This document shows, piece after piece, positions 1 to 6,409 of a stretch of DNA of 32,000 bases. Source of the stretch: Corynebacterium amycolatum. GTDB lineage: Bacteria; Actinomycetota; Actinomycetes; Mycobacteriales; Mycobacteriaceae. The stretch lies in the NCBI RefSeq assembly GCF_049243625.1, contig NZ_CP046975.1. One strand, given 5' to 3'. How positions within the stretch are numbered: the stretch's first letter is position 1; each line of letters begins with the position of its first letter. Made by a program: the position numbers and the translations under genes. The notes beneath the pieces are model-generated. The model was given only the letters and a program-made list of their open reading frames with translations, searched no databases and was not told the DNA's origin.

Positions 1-1
1 G

Positions 2-193
2 AAGAAGAATGACATGGACAAGCCGCTGACAACGGCGGAGATTAAGGATTTGCTCGAGCAGATGCCGGAGTGGCTGGAGGTCGCTCGTGAGTCCATGGCG
101 AAGCAGCGCGTGGAAGCCGCTGAGGCAGAGTCCAAGAAGGACGACGGCCCTGGTCGGGCTGCCGCCGAAGCTGCTCGCAACGCCGAGAAATAG
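2..193 (+). CDS. hypothetical protein, 3' end (open at the window edge; alternatively a 59-codon ORF from ATG 14)
   Basis: Frame 2 is open from the window edge to TAG 191-193 (..MDKPLTTAEIKDLLEQMPEWLEVARESMAKQRVEAAEAESKKDDGPGRAAAEAARNAEK). It ends 42 nt before the next start. No family recognised. Confidence 0.35.
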   Translation, partial: KKNDMDKPLTTAEIKDLLEQMPEWLEVARESMAKQRVEAAEAESKKDDGPGRAAAEAARNAEK

Positions 194-235
194 CAGACAC
201 AGCCGACACAGCCGACGTCTTCAAGGAGGATCCTC

Positions 236-1009
236 GTGGCCATCGACTACACCGCACATGCAATCAACCACAAGGGCAACGGTACGGTTGTCCTGATTGG
301 CTCGCTGGGCACCACACAGGGGATGTGGGAGCCACAGGTAGCCGCTTTGAGCGAAAAGTACCAGGTCATCACGCCAGATGTCCGTGGCCATGGCGAATCC
401 CCTATCCCCGAGGGTGAGTGGGACATGAGCCACTTGGCCGCCGACATCATCGAGGTCCTCGACGAAGAGGATGTTGACCGCGCACATTTTGTGGGACTAT
501 CTCTCGGCGGCGCTATCGCCCAGACCGTCGCACTAGAACACGCCGATCGTGTGGTCAGCCTGACGCTGTCGTCGACGGCACCGAAATTCGGCACACCCGA
601 GGCCTGGCAGGAAAAGGCCGAGCTCGTGCGCGACAAGGGCACGGTCGCGCTCGCAGACACTGTCGTCCGCAACTGGTTTACCGACGAGTGCTTCGACACC
701 ACCCCTGAGCTCCCCGCCCGCTTCCGCGACATGATCGCAGATTGCCCCGATGACGGCTACATCGGCGCCTGCGGAGCACTGTCCCGCTTCGACACCCGCG
801 AGCGCCTCGCCGAGATCACCGCTCCGACGCTGGTCATCGCTGGCAAGCAAGACACCTCTACGTCACTCGACGTCGTCACTTCGCTTCACGACGGCATCGC
901 GGGCTCGACCATGGTCGTCGTTTCGCCGGCCAAGCACCTGCTTAACCAGGAAACCCCGGAGTACTACAACTCTGCTCTGCTGGCGCACATTGATGGGATT
1001 GCCGACTAG
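236..1009 (+). CDS. alpha/beta-fold hydrolase, 3-oxoadipate enol-lactonase-like
   Basis: 257-aa ORF. GTG start lies 5 nt after AAGGAGGA (223-230). Has an HGES motif, the nucleophile elbow GLSLGG and a C-terminal His (PAKHLL), as in the PcaD-type lactonase/hydrolase fold. Confidence 0.85.
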   Translation: MAIDYTAHAINHKGNGTVVLIGSLGTTQGMWEPQVAALSEKYQVITPDVRGHGESPIPEGEWDMSHLAADIIEVLDEEDVDRAHFVGLSLGGAIAQTVALEHADRVVSLTLSSTAPKFGTPEAWQEKAELVRDKGTVALADTVVRNWFTDECFDTTPELPARFRDMIADCPDDGYIGACGALSRFDTRERLAEITAPTLVIAGKQDTSTSLDVVTSLHDGIAGSTMVVVSPAKHLLNQETPEYYNSALLAHIDGIAD

Positions 1010-1034
1010 CGCCTAATCGAAGCAATAAAAAAAT

Positions 1035-1098
1035 AAAAATGACGCGACCTGCTCGCTGTCCATTCCACAGGGACGGCGCACGGGTCGCGTCATTTTTT
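1035..1098. terminator. bidirectional intrinsic terminator-like hairpin
   Basis: AAAAATGACGCGACC (1035-1049) pairs with GGTCGCGTCATTTTT (1083-1097). T6 follows on the plus strand, and an A-rich run (1027-1039) gives U5AU7 on the minus strand. The loop region is partly self-complementary. Confidence 0.6.
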
Positions 1099-1330
1099 CG
1101 AGTGCAATTGGAGGTTGCTATGACTGCAGTGGAAGAAACTCGGATAATCAAGGGAACCGGTCTCCACCTGATGCTCATACTAACGACCACCAGCACTAAT
1201 GGGAATAAGAAAACGAAAATGTTTCGTTAATCACCCCCATGGCGACTACCTCACACACACAACCCCCGCACCCCAAAGCCCCAGCGGCCCAACTAGCAAA
1301 CATGACAAAAATAGCCATTCACCTGGCTTT

Positions 1331-1349
1331 GTAGGTTAGCATTACCTAA
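1331..1349. promoter_or_regulatory. DtxR/IdeR-type iron box candidate
   Basis: GTAGGTTAGCATTACCTAA matches the published 19-bp consensus TWAGGTWAGSCTWACCTWA at 17 of 19 positions (half-sites GTAGGTTAG / TTAGGTAAT). It lies in a gene-less gap. Confidence 0.5.
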
Positions 1350-1563
1350 CATTGCCGACCGTCGCTGATAGCCCAAAATTCAATAGCAACCCCCAACCGC
1401 AACGGGGGTAGTTTTCCGGGAGGGCTGAGCGCAATATCCGTCGTCAAGCGATTCCACATCACCAATCGGGAAAAAACTTTTAAAAAAACAAGTGTCTCTC
1501 ATCACACTCATGCATAATGGGGTACAACAGTCATAGTCACTATGACGATGAACCGAGGCCATC

Positions 1564-1588
1564 GCGTTTATCTGCAGCGTTTATCTGC
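1564..1588 (+). repeat. tandem direct repeat GCGTTTATCTGC x2 (1-nt spacer) upstream of the acyl-CoA dehydrogenase gene
   Basis: Exact 12-mer at 1564-1575 and 1577-1588, 58-82 nt before ATG 1646. The palindrome GTCATAGT-C-ACTATGAC at 1530-1546 lies just upstream. Function unknown; possibly an operator. Confidence 0.3.
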
Positions 1589-1645
1589 GACGTACGAAAA
1601 GGCCTTAAGACAAAAATTCCACGACAATATTTCTAGGAGCATGTC

Positions 1646-2818
1646 ATGAAGGACTTTCTGCCCCGTACTCACTTCGAAGAAGAGCACAACATGTTCCGCG
1701 ACATGGTTCGCGGCTTCGTCGAGAAGGAAATCACCCCGAACGTAGAGCGCTGGCACAAGGAAGGTCAGCCGGACCGCGAGGTCTTCAAGAAGGCCGGTGA
1801 GCTCGGCCTGATTGGTATGTCCACTCCGGAGGCATACGGCGGCGGCGGAGAGATGGACTTCCGCTACAACCAGGTCCTGAACGAGGAGCTCTCCAACGCT
1901 GACTGTGGCTCCATCGTCGTTTCCTTCGGCGTTCTCAACGACCTGGTCGCTCCGTACCTGGCTAAGTTCGGCAACGAAGAGCAGAAGCAGAAGTACCTGG
2001 CTTCCATGAACGCCGGCGACACCATCGGCTGCCTCGCCATGACCGAACCGGGCGCAGGTTCCGACCTGGCAGGTATGCGCACCTTCGCCAAGAAGGACGG
2101 CGACCACTACGTCCTCAACGGCACCAAGATCTTCATCTCCAACGGCATGATGGCCGACTTCGCTCTCGTCGCAGCTATCACCGACCCATCCAAGGGCCGC
2201 GCTGGTGTCTCCATGTTCATCGTCGACGCCGACCTCGAGGGCTTCACCAAGGCTGGCCCGCTGCAGAAGGTCGGCCTGAAGGCCCAGGACACCGCTGAGC
2301 TCAACTTCGACAACGTCCGCGTTCCGGCCGAGAACCTACTCGGCGAAGAGGGCGCTGCCTTCGGCTACCTGCGCACCAACCTCGCACACGAGCGCCTGAC
2401 CCTGGCTTGCGGCTCTGTCGCAACTTCCCGCCGCGCTTGGACTCTGGCTTACAAGTACGCCCAGGAGCGCGAGGCATTCGGCCGCCCGATCATCCAGCAC
2501 CAGGTCCACGGCCACTACCTGGCCGACATCGCTACCCGCGTCACCGCCCTGCAGGCTTTCGTTGACCAGGCTGTTATGGCTCACAACGCAGGCAAGCTGG
2601 ACGAGACCGGCGCTTCCATGGCCAAGTACTGGACTACCGAGGAGCAGCAGGACATCGTTACCCGCTGCCTGCAGATGTTCGGTGGCTACGGCTTCATGCT
2701 CGAGTACCCGATTTCCACTCACTACCTCGACTCCAAGGTCCAGACCATTTACGGTGGCACCAACGAGATCATGAAGGAAATCATCTTCCGTCGCATCGCC
2801 AAGGGCGGCGCAGAGTAA
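1646..2818 (+). CDS. acyl-CoA dehydrogenase
   Basis: 390-aa ORF. AGGAG lies 6 nt before the ATG. ACAD-like along its whole length (..LAMTEPGAGSDLAGM.., C-terminal ..IYGGTNEIMKEII..). Confidence 0.93.
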   Translation: MKDFLPRTHFEEEHNMFRDMVRGFVEKEITPNVERWHKEGQPDREVFKKAGELGLIGMSTPEAYGGGGEMDFRYNQVLNEELSNADCGSIVVSFGVLNDLVAPYLAKFGNEEQKQKYLASMNAGDTIGCLAMTEPGAGSDLAGMRTFAKKDGDHYVLNGTKIFISNGMMADFALVAAITDPSKGRAGVSMFIVDADLEGFTKAGPLQKVGLKAQDTAELNFDNVRVPAENLLGEEGAAFGYLRTNLAHERLTLACGSVATSRRAWTLAYKYAQEREAFGRPIIQHQVHGHYLADIATRVTALQAFVDQAVMAHNAGKLDETGASMAKYWTTEEQQDIVTRCLQMFGGYGFMLEYPISTHYLDSKVQTIYGGTNEIMKEIIFRRIAKGGAE

Positions 2819-2849
2819 ATAGCGCACGTCGGCCTAGCTGATTCGACAC

Positions 2850-2881
2850 AAACCCCGTCAGGTTTTCCTGGCGGGGTTTTG
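2850..2881 (+). terminator. intrinsic terminator of the acyl-CoA dehydrogenase gene
   Basis: AAACCCCGTCAGG / CCTGGCGGGGTTT stem with a TTTT loop, followed by T4. It starts 32 nt after the stop codon. Confidence 0.8.
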
Positions 2882-2933
2882 CATACCTCAAAGTGGATGG
2901 CTGGTGATTATTTACGAGGCTTGATTGGAGCTG

Positions 2934-2943
2934 CCCCCCCCCC
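2934..2943. repeat. homopolymeric C10 tract (intergenic)
   Basis: Ten consecutive C read directly at 2934-2943, about 50 nt upstream of a TACAAT -10-like hexamer (2993-2998) in front of the NSS transporter gene. Confidence 0.95.
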
Positions 2944-3114
2944 TGTGCCACAGTCCTCACCAAAACCATTACCCCCTACAAAACTGAAACTATACAATGA
3001 GATACCTATCTCATATACTAAGATTCCATTAGGTAATGGTGATGCACTTCACCAATTTTCCCCTCGGCCACGCGGGGCGCGTGACCGAAGATGAAGGATT
3101 GGAGTTCCAGAGGT

Positions 3115-4725
3115 ATGAGCACAACCAACTCGACCGCTACCCCTCAGCGAAGGGAGGTGTTTTCCACCCGAGCAGCCTTCATTTTCGCCGCCATCGGCTC
3201 GGCAGTCGGGCTCGGAAACATCTGGCGTTTCCCCTATGTCGCATACGACTCCGGCGGTGGCGCCTTCCTTATCCCCTACCTGGTCGCGCTTTTGACCGCC
3301 GGTATCCCACTGCTCTTCCTCGACTTCGCCATCGGCCACCGCTTCCGCGGGTCAGCACCGAAGTCGATGCGTCGCATCAAGCCCTGGGCTGAACCAATTG
3401 GCTGGATTCAGGTCGGTATCGCCTTCTTCATTACCGTCTACTACGCCGTTATTATCGCGTGGTCCTTCATCTACGCCTGGAAGTCCATCCGCAAGAGCTG
3501 GGGTCCAAATGCCGAGACCCACTTCATGAAGGACTTCCTCCAAGCCGACACCGAAAGTGTCTTCTCGCTGGACTTCGTCCCATCAATCTCCATCGTCCTG
3601 CTGATTGTCTGGGTTCTCGTCATCGGCATTCTGGCCGCTGGTGTGGACAGGGGCATCGGTAAGGTCTCGATTATCTTCATCCCACTGCTGACCGTTCTCT
3701 TCGTCGCAGTGGTCATCTACTCCCTGACCTTGGAAGGCGCTGCCAAGGGCCTGGACGCATTCTTCACCCCGGACTGGTCCGCACTCACCGACTCCAGCGT
3801 GTGGATCGCCGCATACGGCCAGATCTTCTTCTCCCTGTCCGTGGCGTTCGGCATCATGCTGACCTACGCTTCCTACCTGAAGCCACGCACCAACCTCACC
3901 GGTTCCGGCCTGGTCACCGCGTTCGCGAACTCTTCCTTCGAAGTTCTCGCCGGTATCGGTGTCTTCGCCACCCTGGGCTTCATGGCAACGCAGTCGGGCC
4001 AGGCTGTCGACGAGGTCGCAACCTCCGGTATCGGCCTTGCCTTTATCGCCTTCCCGACGGTCATCTCTGAGATGCCAAACTTCATCGGTTCGGTCTTCGG
4101 CCTGCTGTTCTTCCTCTCCCTGGCAATCGCCGGTGTGACCTCCCTGATGTCGCTGCTTGAGGTCGTCGTCTCCGCCGTTAAGGACAAGCTGAACCTCGGC
4201 CGCGTCCAGGCCACTCTCACCGTCGGTGGCTCCATGGCCGTCATCTCGCTGCTGGCCTTCCCGACCACCTCAGGTCTGGTAACCCTCGACATCGTCGATA
4301 AGTTCACCAACAACGTCGGTATCGTCCTGGTTGCGCTGCTGACCATCATCGCAATCGACTGGATCCTGCGCCGCACCAACGAATTCGCCATGCACCTCAA
4401 CGCCGTGTCCTCGTTCAAGGTCGGCACCATGTGGCAGATCTTCGTCGGAAACATCACGCCGGTCATTCTCGCCGTCATCCTGTTCCAGGAGCTCATCGGA
4501 CTTTTCCAGGAAAACTACGAAGGCTACTCCGACACCCAAATCGACATCTTTGGTTGGGGCGTCATCGGCGTGATTCTCATCGGCGCTCTGATTATGGCCA
4601 TCCTGCCTTGGCGCGGCCAACACCGTCTCGACGGCCCTCCGGGCTCGGACTTCGGCGTGACGCCAGATTTCAAGCGGACCTCACACCTGCCACGCAAGCA
4701 CACTCCGGAAAATCAGGAGGTTTAA
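3115..4725 (+). CDS. metP: sodium-dependent NSS (SNF) family transporter, MetP-like large subunit
   Basis: Has the NSS signature AVGLGNIWRFPY and GGGAFLIPY, and is multi-TM throughout. ATG 3115 is preferred (GGAG at 3101-3104); the longest ORF starts at ATG 3091. The symbol is by analogy to C. glutamicum MetPS because a MetS-like small ORF follows. Confidence 0.85.
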   Translation: MSTTNSTATPQRREVFSTRAAFIFAAIGSAVGLGNIWRFPYVAYDSGGGAFLIPYLVALLTAGIPLLFLDFAIGHRFRGSAPKSMRRIKPWAEPIGWIQVGIAFFITVYYAVIIAWSFIYAWKSIRKSWGPNAETHFMKDFLQADTESVFSLDFVPSISIVLLIVWVLVIGILAAGVDRGIGKVSIIFIPLLTVLFVAVVIYSLTLEGAAKGLDAFFTPDWSALTDSSVWIAAYGQIFFSLSVAFGIMLTYASYLKPRTNLTGSGLVTAFANSSFEVLAGIGVFATLGFMATQSGQAVDEVATSGIGLAFIAFPTVISEMPNFIGSVFGLLFFLSLAIAGVTSLMSLLEVVVSAVKDKLNLGRVQATLTVGGSMAVISLLAFPTTSGLVTLDIVDKFTNNVGIVLVALLTIIAIDWILRRTNEFAMHLNAVSSFKVGTMWQIFVGNITPVILAVILFQELIGLFQENYEGYSDTQIDIFGWGVIGVILIGALIMAILPWRGQHRLDGPPGSDFGVTPDFKRTSHLPRKHTPENQEV

Positions 4726-4730
4726 GCCAA

Positions 4731-4898
4731 ATGTCCGGTATCGCAATTGTCATGATGGCACTGTTCATCATCGTCATCTGGGGCGGCCTGGCGGTCGCGC
4801 TGGTCAGCCTATCCAAGCACCCTGACGAGGTTTCCGGTGAGCTGGGAGATCACCCAGAACTCACCAGCGAAGTACTAGGAGCGCAGGAAGAGCAGTAG
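4731..4898 (+). CDS. metS: NSS transporter small subunit (MetS-like), 55 aa, single TM
   Basis: ATG lies 10 nt after AGGAGG (4715-4720) and 5 nt after the transporter stop. MSGIAIVMMALFIIVIWGGLAVALVSLSKHPDE.. has one hydrophobic helix and an acidic tail. In the ORF track it is hidden inside a longer 155-aa out-of-context ORF. Confidence 0.65.
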   Translation: MSGIAIVMMALFIIVIWGGLAVALVSLSKHPDEVSGELGDHPELTSEVLGAQEEQ

Positions 4899-4940
4899 TT
4901 CTTCACTACTACCTCTCCCCAGCCACTCCAGGTATCTGAC

Positions 4941-5699
4941 TTACTCACCTACGAAACGCGGTGGTCGCTTCTCCAAGAAAGCGGCCACCGCTTCCTTATG
5001 GTCGGCCGAGACCGCCAGGCGTGCCTGCGCATCCGCCTCCGCCGCCGCAGCGGCCAGAGTGTCCCGGCGCAGCAGAGCCTTAATCTCCTTCAGCGCGGCC
5101 GTCGGGCCCGCGGCAAACTGAGCTGCCAACTCACGTGCCCGAGCCGCTGGATCGTCTACCACTTCAGTAACCAGGCCGAGGCTCAGGGCCTCGTCGGCAA
5201 GCACCTTTTTATCGAAGAACAACAGCTCACGCGCCTTCGCGTCGCTGACCATGCGCGGCAGCAGCGCCGACATGCCACAGTCCGTGGCCAGGCCAATCGA
5301 CGGGAACGCCGCTTTGAACGACGCCTTCGGGCCAGCGATACGGAAATCACAGTGCAGCGCCAGCGACCAACCGGCACCCGCCGCAGCACCTTCGATAGCG
5401 GCAATAACCGGAACGTTAATCGCGGTCAGCTCCGCAACCATCGGGTTGTACTCCTCGACAACCTTGCCCATGCCAGCGCCCGACTGCAGGTCAGAGATGT
5501 GCTCCTTCAAATCCTGGCCCGTGCAAAACGCCTTCGGCCCGCCGAGCAGGATAACAGCGCGCACGTCCGGCTCTTGCGCACGCTCAAAAGCGGCTTTTAG
5601 CTCCAACCGGAGATTCTTATCCAGGGAGTTGTATGCATCCGGGCGGTCGATGGTGATGGCTAGAATGCCGTCGGAAAAGTCTTGAGTAACGTTGCTCAT
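4941..5699 (-). CDS. enoyl-CoA hydratase/isomerase family protein
   Basis: Crotonase-fold motifs (..FCTGQDLKE.., ..GAAAGAGWSLAL..). The start is taken at ATG 5699 (MSNVTQDF..) with GAGG 3 nt upstream; the ORF-track extension to 5792 is not credible. Confidence 0.9.
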   Translation of the reverse strand: MSNVTQDFSDGILAITIDRPDAYNSLDKNLRLELKAAFERAQEPDVRAVILLGGPKAFCTGQDLKEHISDLQSGAGMGKVVEEYNPMVAELTAINVPVIAAIEGAAAGAGWSLALHCDFRIAGPKASFKAAFPSIGLATDCGMSALLPRMVSDAKARELLFFDKKVLADEALSLGLVTEVVDDPAARARELAAQFAAGPTAALKEIKALLRRDTLAAAAAEADAQARLAVSADHKEAVAAFLEKRPPRFVGE

Positions 5700-5779
5700 A
5701 ACCTCGCAGGTTATCGCAATCTCCCCCGCCTCGGACGCACTTTTGCACCAAATCACCCGCCGCGAGTAACAAGGGACAC

Positions 5780-6337
5780 ATGACACTTCCACGCCCCGCC
5801 ACGCCTGACGACGTCCACGAGATCGTCGACCTCATCAAAGACCTGGCAGCCTACGAAAAAGAACCCGACGCCGTCCGACTGACCCCCGAGCGCCTGCGCG
5901 AACAGCTCTTCGGGGACAACCCCGCGATTTTCTGCCACGTCGTCGACTCCACATCCGGAAATTTGGACGATTGCGACGATAACGGCGCCGGTGTTAGTAG
6001 TGGCGGTGTTGTTAGTAGTGGCGGTGTTGGTGGCGGCCCTCGCCTCGACGGCATTGCACTGTGGTTCCTGAACTACTCCACCTGGGAAGGCACCCACGGC
6101 ATCTACCTCGAAGACCTTTACGTCCGTCCCGAGGCGCGCGGCACCGGCAAGGGCAAGGCGCTGCTGCAAAACCTCGCGCGGATTGCCGTGGAACGCGGAT
6201 ACTCGCGGGTCGAATGGTGCGTCCTGAAATGGAACCAGCCCTCCATCGACTTCTACCGCTCCCTCGGTGCCTTCCCCATGGACGAATGGGAGACCTTCCG
6301 CCTCACCGGCGATGCCCTAAGCGACTTCGGGGCGTAG
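5780..6337 (+). CDS. GNAT family N-acetyltransferase (diamine acetyltransferase-like) with a low-complexity insertion
   Basis: Acetyl-CoA-binding motif RPEARGTGKGKALL, and ..IALWFLNYSTWEG... AAGGGA lies before the ATG. A Gly/Ser/Val-rich segment sits between the conserved blocks. Confidence 0.9.
   Translation: MTLPRPATPDDVHEIVDLIKDLAAYEKEPDAVRLTPERLREQLFGDNPAIFCHVVDSTSGNLDDCDDNGAGVSSGGVVSSGGVGGGPRLDGIALWFLNYSTWEGTHGIYLEDLYVRPEARGTGKGKALLQNLARIAVERGYSRVEWCVLKWNQPSIDFYRSLGAFPMDEWETFRLTGDALSDFGA
5993..6028 (+). repeat. perfect 18-bp tandem duplication inside the GNAT CDS
   Basis: GTTAGTAGTGGCGGTGTT occurs at 5993-6010 and again at 6011-6028. It is in frame and encodes VSSGGV twice. Confidence 0.95.
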
Positions 6338-6409
6338 AAAGCGGAGATGCTGCTGTGCGGCGGTGTGAAGGTTCAGCTGCGCTGCGTTTGCAGGGTAATG
6401 CGGCAACAG

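Noticed and set aside
942-1230. ORF-track entries 942-1196 (minus, 84 aa) and 1039-1230 (plus, 63 aa)
   Set aside because: The first runs through the terminator hairpin and into the 3' end of the hydrolase gene. The second starts inside the terminator stem. Only the shorter SD-led 1120-1230 version is kept, as a speculative finding.
3873-4496. 207-aa minus-strand ORF
   Set aside because: It is antisense to the NSS transporter gene and has no motifs.
5700-5792. N-terminal extensions offered by the ORF track (enoyl-CoA hydratase to 5792, FtsB-like to 20808, greA from 14454, glmU from 28757, DUF4307-like from 13822, DUF5709-like from 16398, gabD from 16802)
   Set aside because: In each case an internal ATG has a proper Shine-Dalgarno sequence and gives an N-terminus colinear with known family members. 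The extensions are non-conserved, often Cys/Arg/Trp-rich, or start at TTG/GTG without an RBS.
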